From contig CM059433.1 of the NCBI GenBank assembly GCA_030390025.1, positions 15,254,001 to 15,318,000 of the forward strand: a stretch of DNA of 64,000 nucleotides. The letters run 5' to 3'. The notes beneath the pieces are model-generated. The model was not told the DNA's origin. It searched no databases and worked only from the letters and a program-made list of their open reading frames with translations. Positions 51,929 through 63,240 of the stretch are shown piece after piece. Every line of letters starts with the position of its first letter. Position 1 is the stretch's first letter. Source of the DNA: Squalus acanthias. Lineage: Eukaryota. Position numbers and translations under genes: made by a program.

Positions 51929-52432
51929 TGCAGCAGTTGTAACAAGGAAATCCAGCAGCAAATAATGAGAACATGAACCAAGGCTGCATGGGCCCCTTAA
52001 ATGCAGCTGGCTCACCAGACGTCAGCAGAGGCGAGTTCCAGACCCAAAACACTAATTGGGCCAGGGGAGTGCACATGCAGGGAATCAATTGCCCAATTAG
52101 GGCAAAATCACACATTTTCACCGGCTGAAAGCGGCAGCGGGATGGGACCCGCCGACCACCTAACCCGCGCCCAACCCACCACCAATGGGAAAATCCTGGC
52201 TTTTCTTTCAAAGACAGACTTTCAGACAAAAGGAATACTGTGACTTCTTAAAATCCATCGTCAGGAAAACCTCCACCCTTTAACACACACCTTCACACAA
52301 ACTGAAATTCCAGCATCCTTTAAGGTTCCTTTCACTCAGCAAATCTTGCGTTTTATTTGTCTCGGCAAAGAAGCTGACAGCATCCGTGGCGGTAAAAGTT
52401 TAAGTTTCCTTTTTTCCTTCTTTTAAATTGTC

Positions 52433-53150
52433 TCAGCAACTTATTCTGGCTCCCCAAATCCCTGTTTTATTTTCCTTCCTTTGCTGAGTTTTCAGATTGG
52501 TTAGCCTGCAACTTAGATCTTTTTCCCTCTTTATCTCCCACTGTCTCTTCTGTTCTGTATGCTTCTTCTTACATTCGGTATGATCTCCACAGGCTACACG
52601 TTCCTCTAAGGCATGTTTCTGGTTGACCCTAAATGCAACCTTCAGGTCCTCATTGATCTTTTCTGCCTGTTCTGCTCGGTGCTTCTGATCTGCTTCCTTC
52701 GTTGCCCACACATCACATTGATTCTGATTATTAATACACTGGCTCTCGAGGTATTGTTCTTTATTAAACCACCTTTCCTTTTCCTTCTCAAATTTTTCCT
52801 TGAGCCTCCTGTTGCTCGCCATTAATTCCCCTACCTCCCTTTTTCTGCTTTCCCTTTCTTCTTCTAATTCCTTCAGAAGTCGTTTTACCACCGCTTCTCG
52901 GTCACTGGTATTCTCTGCCATATCTTCTTATTTCCTTTCGTAACTTAATCTTTGTACATTCGTCGTTCTTAACCTGCCTCTGATAGGCCAACAACCAAAT
53001 GGATTTCACGAACCCCGGCCAACACGTGGACCCTTGTGTCCATTGTTCAGCCTCCAATACCGGATCATCACCGTCTATAATGATCTGTGCCCACCCCTCT
53101 CGAAGGGGCAACTTCCCTGTCACATACTCAGTGACTAACTCATTTGCCAT
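52433..53150 (-). pseudogene. First proviral ORF (Gag N-terminus / long coiled coil), one frameshift
   Basis: ATG 16 nt after the PBS. ORFs 52902-53150 and 52433-52921 overlap; E/K/R-rich helical sequence. No capsid or CCHC motif follows. Confidence 0.65.
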
Positions 53151-53166
53151 TGTCTGCTGCGAACGG

Positions 53167-53184
53167 GTCCCTGTTCGGGCGCCA
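53167..53184 (-). promoter_or_regulatory. Primer binding site for tRNA-Lys3
   Basis: Minus strand TGGCGCCCGAACAGGGAC, 18/18 match to the known Lys3 PBS, 5 nt from the 5' LTR. Confidence 0.95.
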
Positions 53185-54194
53185 AAATTTGTAAGACGTG
53201 CGGAAATCGCCCCTCACCCCGTCCAATAGTTCAGACCCATCGAACAGACAACACAAAACCCAATGAATCTATGAAAAACATCTTTTACTTAATAATACTG
53301 GATCAAGAGATTGCAAGTAAGCATCCAACAGTTACATAGAATGACATAGGATTACATAGGATATACAGCACAGAAACAGGCTATTCAGCCCAACCAGTCC
53401 ATGCGGCGTTTATGCTCCACACAAGCCTCCTCCCATCTTTCCTCATCTAAATCTATCAGCGTAACCCTCTATTCCCTTCTCCCTCATATGTTTGTCCAGC
53501 CTCCCCATAAATGCATCTATACTATTTGCTTCAACCATTCCCTGTGGTAGCGAGGTCCACATTCTCACCACTCTTTGGGTAAAGAAGTTTCTTCTGAATT
53601 CCCTATTAGATTTCTTGGTGATGATCTTATATTGATGGCCTCTAGTTATGCTCTTTCCCACAAGTGGAAACATTCTCTCTGTATCCACTCTATCAACATT
53701 TTTCATAATTTTAAAGACATCTATTAGGTCACCCCTCAGCCTTCTTTTTTCAAGAGAAAAGAGACCCAGCCTGTTCATCCTTTCCTGATATATATACCCT
53801 CGTATTTCTGGTATCATCCATGTAAATCTTCTCTTCACCCTCTCCAGTGCCTCTATATCATTTTTATAATAAGGTAACCAGAACTGTACGCAGTTTGTCA
53901 CGGAGTGCAGATCGGAACAGAGTGTTAAGCTGCGGGTTTGGTGAGTGAGGGAGTTCGGGGAGGGAGGTGTTCCTTTCTTTTCCATCTTTGTCAGCTTCCA
54001 GGAGAGCAGGAGCTAAAAAGCTGCACAAGAGGGGACAGAGAACCAGCGGTGAGTATTTCTACAGTATTTCTACATTCCAGTCATTAAAGTAAAAGTAAGG
54101 TCTCTAGTTTAGAGTAAGTAGTGTTTAAAGGGAAGTAAGGTCCCTAGTGTATTTAATATTCTTTAATTTAAAGGGAGTAAATTAAGGGTAGGAC

Positions 54195-55102
54195 ATGGCA
54201 GGGCAGCTCGGCAGCGTGGAGTGCTCCTCCTGTGCTATGTTGGAACTTTAGGTGTCCAGGACGAACACATGTGCAGGAAGTGTCTCCAGCTGCAGCTACT
54301 CGAAATCCGCGTTTCGGAGCTGGAGCTGCGGCTGGAGTCACTGTGGAGCATCTGCGAAGCTGAGATCTTCGTGGATAGCACGTTTAACGAGGTGGTCACA
54401 CCGCAGGTAAAGAGTGTACAGGCAGACAGGGAATGGGTGACCGCCAGACAGAGTAAAAGAACTAGGAAGGTAGTGCAGAAGTCCACTGGGTCCATCTCCC
54501 TCTCCGACAGATTTTCCGTTTTAGATACTGATGGGGGAGATGGTTTCTCAGGGGAATGCAGCAAGAGCCAAGTCCGTGGCACTACGAGTGGCTGAGCTGC
54601 ACAGGAGGGGAGGAAAAAGAGTGGGACAGCAATAGTGATAGGGGATTCTATCGTAAGTGGAACAGATAGATGTTTCTGTTGCCGCAGACGTGACTCCAGG
54701 ATGGTCACTGAATGGCTGCAGGGCATTCTGAAGGGGGAGGGCGAACAGTCAGAGGTCGTGGTTCACATTGGTACCAACGGCATGGGTAGAAAGAGGGATG
54801 AGGTCCTGCAACAAGAATTTAGGGAGCTAGGTAGCAGATTAAAAAGCAGGACCTCAAAGGTTGTAATCTTTGGATTACTCCCGGTGCCACGTGCTAGTGA
54901 GTATAGGAATAGGAGGATAGAGCAGATGAATGCGTGGCTAAAGAGTTGGTACAGGAGGGAGGGCTTTAGTTTCCTGGATCACTGGGTCTGCTTCTGGGGA
55001 AGGTGGGACCTGTACAAGTCGGATGGGTTGCACCTGAACCGGAACGGGACCAACATCCTTGCGGGGAGGTTTGCTAGTACTGTTGGGGGGGGTTTAAACT
55101 AA
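54195..55102 (+). pseudogene. CR1 ORF1 (Cys motif, leucine zipper, SGNH esterase)
   Basis: CRKCLQLQLLEIRVSELE; IGDSIV, HIGTN, DGLHLN; frameshift/stop present. Confidence 0.88.
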
Positions 55103-55206
55103 CTTGGCAGGGGGATAGGATACGGAGTGGAGCTATAGTAGGGGGTGATGCACAGCCAAATATAGAGGAAAAAACAAGTCAGCCTGGAAGGCAGAGCAAA
55201 TATCTA

Positions 55207-58006
55207 ATGGCACAAGGGAGTATGGCAAGGCTGGATGGCATTTATTTTAAAGCAAGGAGTTTTGCGAGTAAGGCAGATGAATTGAAGGTGTTGATGAACA
55301 CATGGGAGTATGATATTGTTGCTATCACAGAGACATGGTTGAGGGAGGGGCAGGACTGGCAGCTCAATATTCCTGGGTATAGAATCTTCAGGTGAGACAG
55401 AGGGGGGTGTAAAAGAGGAGGGGGTGTCGCAATATTAATCAAGGAGTCAATTACTGCTGTAAGGAGGGATGATATCTTAACAGGTTCCTCTAATGAGGCC
55501 ATATGGGTAGAACTTAAAAACAAAAAGAGGGCAAGCACTTTGCTGGGAGTGTACTATAGGCCCCCAAACAGTCAGGGGGAGATAGAGGAACAGATATGTA
55601 GACAAATCTCAGAGAAGTGTAGAAATAATAGGGTAATAATAGTAGGGGATTTCAGCTTCCCCAATATTAACTGGGATAGTCAGAGTGTGAAAGGCTTAGA
55701 GGGTGCGGAATTCTTAAAGTGCATCCAGGAGCGCTTTTTGAGCCAGCATGTAGAAAGTCCTACAAGAGAGGGGGTGGTACTGGACCTAATTCTACGGAAT
55801 GTAGCCGGGCAAGTGGTAGAAGTGTTAGTAGGAGAGCATTTTGGTGACAGTGACCATAATTCGGTGAGATTTAAGGTAGTCATGGAAAAGGACAAAGATC
55901 GACCGGAAATAAAGGTTCTAAATTGGGGGAAGGCCGATTTTAATATGATAAGGCAGGATCTGGCCAAAGTGGACTGGGATCAGCTACTTGTAGGAAAATC
56001 CACATCAGAGCAATGGGAGTCTATCAGAAAGGAAATAGAGAGAGTACAACGCCAACATGTTCCCGTAAAGGTCAAGGGTGGGACCAACAAGCCCAGGGAC
56101 CCCTGGATGTCAAGGGATATACGAGATTGGATTAGGAATAAAAGGGAGGCTTTTGGCAGATCCAAATGAATAAAAACAGTGGAAGCCCTAAAGGAGTATA
56201 GAAAGTGCAGGGGGGTACTTAAAAAAGAAATTAGGAGAGCGAAGAGGGGGCATGAAAAAACACTAGCGGGCAAAATAAAGGAAAATCCCAAGGTGTTTTA
56301 TAAGTATATTAAGGACAAGAGGATAACCAGGGAAAGCGTAGGGCCCATTAGGGACCAAAGTGGCAATCTGTGTGTAGAGCCAGAAGATGTCGGTGAGGTT
56401 TTAAATGAATATTTTGCATCTGTGTTCACTATGGAGAAGGACGATGTAGGCATAGAAATCAGGCAGGGGGATTGTGATATACTTGAACAAATTAGTATTG
56501 AGAGGGAGGAGGTACTAGCGGTTTTAGCGGGCTTAAAAGTGGATAAATCCCCAGGCCCAGATGAGATATATCCCAGGCTGCTGTGTGAGGCAAGGGAGGA
56601 GATTGCAGGGACACTGACACAAATTTTCAGAACCTCTCTGGCCACAGGGGAGGTGCCAGAGGACTGGAGAACAGCTAACGTAGTATCATTATTCAAGAAG
56701 GGTAGTAGGGATAAACCAGGGAATTACAGGCCAGTGAGCCTAACATCAGTGGTAGGGAAATTATTGGAAAAAATTCTGAGGGACAGAATTAGTCTCCACT
56801 TGGAGAGGCAAGGATTAATCAAGGATAGTTAGCATGGCTTTGTCAGGGGGAGATCATGTCTGATCAATTTGATTGAATTTTTCGAGGGGGTGACTAGGTG
56901 TGTGGATGAGGGTAGTGCAGTTGATGTGGTCTACATGGACTTCAGTAAGGCTTTTGACAAAGTCCCGCATGGGAGACTGGTCAAGAAGGTAAGAGCCCAT
57001 GGGATCCAGGGCAACTTGGCACATTGAATCCAAAATTGGCTTAGTGGCAGGAGGCAGAGGGTGATGGTCGAAGGTTGTTTTTGTGACTGGAGGCCTGTGT
57101 CCAGTGGTGTACCGCAGGGATCGGTGCTGGGTCCTTTGCTGTTTGTAGTGTACATTAATGATTTAGATATGAATGTAGGAGGTATGATCAGTAAGTTCGC
57201 AGATGACACGAAAATTGGTGGGGTGGTAAATAGCCTCAGGCTACAGGACGATATAGACAGGTTGGTTAGATGGGCAGAACAGTGGCAAATGGAATTTAAC
57301 CCTGAAAAGTGTGAGGTGATGCATTTTGGGAGGACTAACAAGGCAAGGGAATACACAATGAATGGTAGGACCCTCGGAAGGACAGAGGATCAGAGGGACC
57401 AAGGTGTGCATGTACATAGATCCCTGAAGGCAGCAGGACAGGTAGATAAGGTGGTTAAAAAGGCATATGGGATACTTGGCTTCATTAGCCGAGGCATAGA
57501 ATATAAGAGCAGGGAGGTTATGATGGAGCTGTACAAAGCGCTAGTTAGGCCACAGCTGGAATACTGTGTGCAGTTAGGAAGGATGTGATTGCATTGGAGA
57601 GGGTGCAGAGGAAATTCCCCAGGATGTTACCTGGGCTGGAGCGCTTCAGCTATGAAGAGAGACTGGACAGGCTGGGGTTGTTTTCCTTAGAGCAGAGAAG
57701 GCTGAGGGGGGACCTGATTGAGGTGTACAAAATTATGAGGGGCATAGATAGGGTAGATAGAAAGGAATTTTTCCCCTTAGTAGAGGGATCAATTACCAGG
57801 GGGCAAAGTTTCAAGGTAAGGGGCAGGAGGTTTAGAGGGATTTGAGGAAAAGCTTTTTCACCCAGAGGGTGGTTGGAATCTGGAACTCACTGCCTGAAAG
57901 GGTGGTAGAGGCAGGAACCCTCACAACATTCAAGAAGTATTTAGATGAGCACTTGAAACGCCATAGCATACAAGGCTACGGACCAAGTGCTGGACAATGG
58001 GATTAG
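55207..58006 (+). pseudogene. CR1 ORF2 (APE endonuclease plus reverse transcriptase)
   Basis: AITETWL, YYRPPN, GDSDHN, KSPGPD, NYRPVSLTS, GVPQGSVLGP, KFADD; several stops. Confidence 0.95.
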
Positions 58007-59133
58007 AATAGACAGGGCTTGATGGCCGGCGCGGACACGATGGGCCGAAGGGCCTCTTTCTGTGCTGTATAACTCTATGACTCTATGACTCTACTCTAAG
58101 TGTTGTTTAATCAAGGTTCAATACAGGTTTAGCATAACTTCCCTACTTTTCAATTCTATACCTCTAGAAATAAACCCTAGTGCTTGGTTTGCTTTTTTTA
58201 TGACCTTGCTAACTTGCGTCGCAACGTTTAGTGATTTGTGTATTTGTATTCCTAGATCCCTTTGTTCCTCTACCCCACCTAGTCTCACACCATCCAAGTG
58301 ATTAGTGACCTCCCTATTCTTCCTACCAAAATGTAATAACTCACATTTATCTGTGTTGAACTTGATTTGCCAATTATATACCCATTCTGCAAGTTTATTA
58401 AGGTCCTCCTGTAACTTGTTGCAATCCTCCTCAGTATTGACTTTACCCACCACTTTGTTGTATTTTTGATTCCAAAGTCTAAATCGTTAATGTAAACTGT
58501 GAACAGCAGTAGTCCTAGCACTGATCCTTGTGGAACACCACTACCCACCTTCTGCCACTGTGAACAGTTATGTAGTGTATAATAATTCCCAATTATACCT
58601 CAGCACACACAGAGCTATCCCTTTACTTTAAGCTCAAGCGAAACACCACATACATCCTAACACCAGCGAGTGGTCAATCCGGCAGTGACTAGACGTATGA
58701 TTTCTGGCAACTGACCAGGTCGCCCCCGACTGCAGCAGCGAGTTGTCAATTTACAGCATCTTTTAAACCCCAAAACCTGGCAACCCTCCCACTGCATACG
58801 TGTCCCTAACTATACGGCATTAGTTGTTTTTCAGTTACTCTTATCAATAGTCCGTTAAGTATCCTTGGGCTTCAAGGCCGATTATATTCCATAGGCTGAA
58901 GATGTTTCTGTTTTTGCACTGATTCCACAGCTCAATAGTCTGTTCCCACAGGACTTTCAAAGTCTGTTTTCCTTATCTGTTGAAAGACAATTGGCAGCTT
59001 TCACAGCTTACAACCGTAGCATCTCAGCAACCTGTCCCTTGGCCTCACGAAGCATGATGGTACATAAAAAGTGGTCAACTTTTAAGTTTGGTCAAGTTAC
59101 AGCAAAAGTTATAGCAAATCGTGTGTTCTTACA

Positions 59134-59205
59134 GTTAAATCTGTTCCTCTCTCCACAGATGCTGCCTGACCAGCTGAGTATTTCCAGCATTTTCTTTTTA
59201 TATTA
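59134..59205. mobile_element. Right (inverted) arm of the Penelope-derived repeat begun at 39980
   Basis: CTCTCTCCACAGATGCTGCCTGACC..CTGAGTATTTCCAGCATTTTC is the reverse complement of 40023-40070. Confidence 0.8.
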
Positions 59206-59990
59206 AACATAGAGGCAGATTATTATCTGAACGGCAATAGTTTGGGAAAAGGAGAAGTGCAACGAGACCTGGGTGTCCTTGTGCACCAGTTGCTGAAGGT
59301 AAGCATGCAGGTACAGCAGGCGGTTAAGAAGGCAAATGGTATGTTGGCCTTCGTAGCGAGAGGGTTTGAGTACAGGAACAAGGATGTCTTGCTGCAGCTG
59401 TACAGGGCCTTGGTGAGACCACACCTTGAGTATTGTGTGCAGTTTTGGTCGCCTTATCTGAGGAAGGATGTTCTTGCCATGGAGGGTGTGCAGCGAAGAT
59501 TCACCAGACTGATACCTGGGATGGCAGGAATGACGTACGAGGAGGGATTGGGTCGATTGGGCTTATACTCGCTGGAGTTTAGAAGAATGAGAGGAGATCT
59601 CATTGAAACTTATAAAATTCTAACAGGGCTAGACAGACTGGATGCAGGAAGGATGTTCCCGATGGCGGGTGAGTCCAGAACAAGAGGTCACAGTCTAAAG
59701 ATAAGGGGTAAGCCATTTAGGACAGAGATGAGGAGGAATTTCTTCACCCAGAGAGTGGTGAACCTGTGGAATTCTCTACCACAGAAGGCAGTTGAGGCCA
59801 AGTCAGTAAATATATTCAAGAAGGAGTTAGATATATTTCTTAAGGCTAAAGGTATCAAGGGATATGGGGAGAAGGCAGGGACAGGGTACTGAGTTTGGAT
59901 GATCAGCCATGATCTCATCGAATGGCGTAGCAGGCTCGAGGGGCCGAATGGCCAACTCCTGCTCCTATCTTCTATGCTTCTATGTTTCTA
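59206..59990 (+). mobile_element. 5'-truncated CR1/HER1 LINE
   Basis: Open ORF2 C-terminus 59242-59892 (RDLGVLV...YRALVRPHLEYCVQFWSP...RRNFFTQRVVNLWNSLP), 3' UTR and TTCTATG tail. Confidence 0.93.
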
Positions 59991-61405
59991 TAAACAGGTG
60001 TTTAATTCACCAATGCATTTGATAATTCCCCCACAATACTTTATGATTTAAGAATCTGAGAGCAGGAATTATTCTAGAGGCACACACAAGTAGATCGGAA
60101 AAACAGGCAAGACCAACCCTTCCTTGCAGAAGATTTCTTGGCAACCAACAATGGTTACCATGGAGAAATATTTAGGCTGCATTAATATCCTCTCCTTGTT
60201 GATGAAGAAAAAGCATAGCGAGATAACAATGATCAGCTGAAAGAATATGTTGGAGTAAAATACAATTGACATTAAAAACAATATAGTAGTTTTAAAAAAT
60301 CACCATGTTGTCTGGTATCCTTATCAGAGCCACTGCCTCGCCCAGATACAAAAACATGACACTTTCCTGCTGAACCTCTCCTGCACCCCTCATTGTCCAT
60401 TCGATGAGTAGAGGAGAATGCTAGGAGCTGAGGTGAAGTTAGAAAAATAATTTCATGTTCCTCTGTTAGCACAGAAACTCTGCTGAGAAAGTGGTAACCT
60501 TTATTTGGAAACCAGTCACCAGAGTTAGTTTTTAAATAATATATATATTTAGATTAAATACAGGGCGTGTTTCTCAGATGCCTATTAAAGATAAGTCACC
60601 ACATTTAATTAAAGTACTGCTTCATAAGACTAATTTTGGAATCCAGACAACAGTAACGTGGACCAATACGTTGAACATTTGATTGCATTCCTTTTATCCT
60701 TTTTATTACAGGACTATTTATAATACTATATTGGAACATACTGATCATTATCCTACCTTTCTTTGTTAAAATCCATTTTTTAACTAAAATTGCTGACTGC
60801 AAAACTATTCCTCTTTTCCAAAGCCAGCTCTCAAAAGTCCAGCCTCTATCACAAGTGTCCCAGGTCGCAGCACACGTTATTCAATGAACTGGGTAGGATC
60901 TAACCAATAATATTATGAAGTGGGCAGACTGATCTGAACATTTTATTTGTTTTTATTTGCAATGCTGTGTTGTGGGGCTTCTTTCACCAAGTGCCCGTTG
61001 CTGATGCTGCTTTACGTGTTATAAAAGTCATAGATTTGAAGTAATTCCATTTATTCAGCAAACTAAAAATGAATGAAAGCGTATTCATGTTTGATATACG
61101 AGGAAGTCCATTCTTGCCTCAGCAGGAATATTTACCAGTTTCTAGCTTCTGTGCATCTGCAGGACAGCATGCTGCGAGTTTTCCCAAGCATCTGCCTCCT
61201 TATCTGACAGGTATGAATTCTCTCCTGCAATCCAGGAATCAAAATTATTTTATTCCGATTCCTCAGTGTTACAAGAACGAACTCCTGCAGATGTTGACCT
61301 GACCTGCTGTATATTCCAGTGTTTTCCAATTGATTGAATATTGAATGCCATGCATTTTTCAGGTGTCATCACATGTATCAGGGAACCAAAAATATAAACA
61401 CTAAT

Positions 61406-61540
61406 ACAAAAGCAAAGTACTGCGGATGCTGGAAATCTGAAATAAAAACAGAAAATGTTGGAAATACTCAGCAGGTCAGGCAGCATCTGAGGAGAGAGGA
61501 ACAGAGTTAACGTTTCAGGTCGATGACCCTTCGTCAGAAC
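61406..61540 (-). mobile_element. Penelope-derived repeat with a hammerhead-like motif
   Basis: Same family as 39980 and 43312; minus strand GTT-CTGACGA-AGGGTCATCGACCT-GAAA-CGTT-AAC. Confidence 0.7.
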
Positions 61541-62191
61541 ATCTGTGTGGGCAAAATCCTAGATAAACTGCTCTGAGGACAAGCAGTAGCACGTTTTTAA
61601 TAATTCCTCATTAATTTGCCAGGCAGAAATATCAGCAGCATATTGTAGAGAGTTGAAAAGATGGGGGAGATTTCATCACGCCAAGTCATATATACAGAAA
61701 CGAGATTGATAGAAGTGTAGCAGTTTGGCACTATCAGTCACATCTCCTTGATCTGAATGGAGACCTATCGGCTGATGTTTCAATGTAATGATACTTTAGC
61801 CAGCAGTTACCACAGTACAGAGAATGCGTGGATTATGAGATCTGTGATGATGCATATCTTATCAAACACTACAGACATTTCGGTGCTGCTTTTGTAATGG
61901 AGCTCCTGCATAATACTTTATTTCATCCAACTCGTAGAAACTGAAGGACTCTTGATATTCAACCCATCCAGCTCTTGGCTTGTATGGAAGAAAACACTAT
62001 CAGGATACAGCTTGATCACTCTGTGAAATGTCATCCACCTATTGCAGTGGAACATTCTTCCCAGTTTCTAACTCCTGTGCAAGACAGCATTTTGTGAGTT
62101 TCCCCAAATTTATGCTTCCCTATCTGAAAGGTATCAATTCCTTTCCAAAGTGCACGCGTGACATGACATTCGTAATTTGCATTCGTATAAT

Positions 62192-62991
62192 GGCCCGGAA
62201 TTTGTGGTCATGATGACACCGAACTGGCAGCGTTCGCCGTCATTCCGCCTTTGAAACTGACCGGCAACTTTAGGATTTATGCGAAAATCCTGAAGTTGCG
62301 GTCTGTCATTCACTGCTCCGACACAGGTTGCGCTGTATCCCTACCCGCCCACACCCCCCGCGGCCCCCCCCAGCCCCCCACCCCAACACACACACACACA
62401 CACACACAGAGCCAGCAATCAGTGAAATCTCTCAAATCAGGGAGACGGACGTAAATTTCGGCTCATCCATGGTAATACTGCTGTTAAATTCCCCACTAAA
62501 AGTTAGACCCAAAGGGATTAGGTGTACCTGGGGTTTTAACATTGTATTGACTACTAAACAAAGGTTATAGCCCTGAAAAACTAATTTTAATTTTGTGCAG
62601 TGTCAAAATAATTTTTTTTTTAAACTTCTAAGATAATGTATTCTTTTTTTTCAAGTGTGTCCATCTTTATTTCAGGTTTGCCTTTTCCCCATGTGAGAGC
62701 CCCAATCTTTGTTTTGCTCTCTCTAACATTTTTAAAAAGTTAGAATTTTAAGAGCTTACCCACTTCCTTGTTCGCAGTCTGTGAGAATTTTGCGTTTTGA
62801 TTTGCTGCTTAGACAGCTTGTTGATGAGACAGCGACTCGCACAAGGGAATCCCCATGAAACTCCGTTGATTTGAATTACACGTCAGAAAACCCAAACTTC
62901 TCGACACAGTGATCGTGAGATCTTTGTATAAAACTTATTTCGGGACCAGTGGCGACTGCCTTTGCTTTGCCACTGACCGCAAATTCGGGCC
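62192..62991. mobile_element. Non-autonomous Harbinger-type element
   Basis: TIRs GGCCCGGAATTTGTGGTCA / TGACCGCAAATTCGGGCC, 3-bp TSD AAT/AAT; contains a short (CA)n. Confidence 0.85.
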
Positions 62992-63004
62992 AATCTTTAA
63001 CATA

Positions 63005-63240
63005 GAAATATATCCCAAGGTGCATCGCACATGCGTGAAGAAAATGAACACCAAGCAAAAGAGGGAAATAATAGGGGGAGTGACCAAAAGCTTGGTCGAA
63101 GAGGTGGGTTTTAAGGGGCGTTTTTTAAAGGACAGGGTGGCAGAGAGGCAGAGGGGTTGGGAGACAGGGGGGATTTCCAGAAAGTGGGATCCAGGTGGCT
63201 GAAAGCACAACTACCAAAGGTGGAGTGAAGAGAGTGGAGG
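63005..63240 (-). mobile_element. L2-clade LINE 3' fragment
   Basis: The reverse complement resembles 31217-31515 (TTAAAACCCACCTCTTCGACCAAGCTTTTGGTCAC). Confidence 0.65.

Larger units (their letters stand above)
47913..52200. mobile_element. Near-complete autonomous-type PIF/Harbinger transposon nested in the provirus
   Basis: Convergent transposase (+) and Myb/SANT (-) genes; imperfect TIRs GGGGGCGATTTTGCC / GGGAAAATCCTGGC; flanks TTA/TTT. Ends approximate. Confidence 0.88.
53895..58092 (+). mobile_element. Essentially full-length CR1 LINE (decayed) nested in the antisense CR1
   Basis: 5' UTR, ORF1, ORF2 and an (ACTCTATG)n tail. Confidence 0.95.
53335..58562 (-). mobile_element. 5'-truncated CR1 LINE (pieces 53335-53894 and 58093-58562) inserted in the LTR
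   Basis: Minus-strand ORF2 C-terminus (SGVPQGSVLG...; CVQFWLPYYKNDIEALERV...RRNFFTQRVVRMW) and a CTATGT-type tail at 53335-53360. The two pieces join seamlessly. Confidence 0.9.
40898..59133 (-). mobile_element. Endogenous retrovirus-like LTR provirus with env (lokiretrovirus-like candidate), defective, with nested insertions
   Basis: Two ~700-bp LTRs bounded by TGTAAG...CTTACA; 5-bp TSD GTTAA (40893-97 and 59134-38); PBS, PPT, integrase and env remnants all on the minus strand. Confidence 0.92.
53190..59133 (-). repeat. 5' LTR of the provirus, split in two (53190-53334 and 58571-59133) by CR1 insertions
   Basis: Both pieces align colinearly with 40898-41590; AACAGTTA is duplicated at the break (53327-34 and 58563-70). 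Confidence 0.92.

Noticed and set aside
53167..53184. Lentivirus or vector contamination, because the PBS equals that of HIV-1
   Set aside because: The match is simply complementarity to conserved tRNA-Lys3; the flanking LTR and ORFs are not lentiviral and are decayed.
55207..58006. RT belonging to the provirus
   Set aside because: It is a CR1 APE-RT on the opposite strand, inserted within the LTR.
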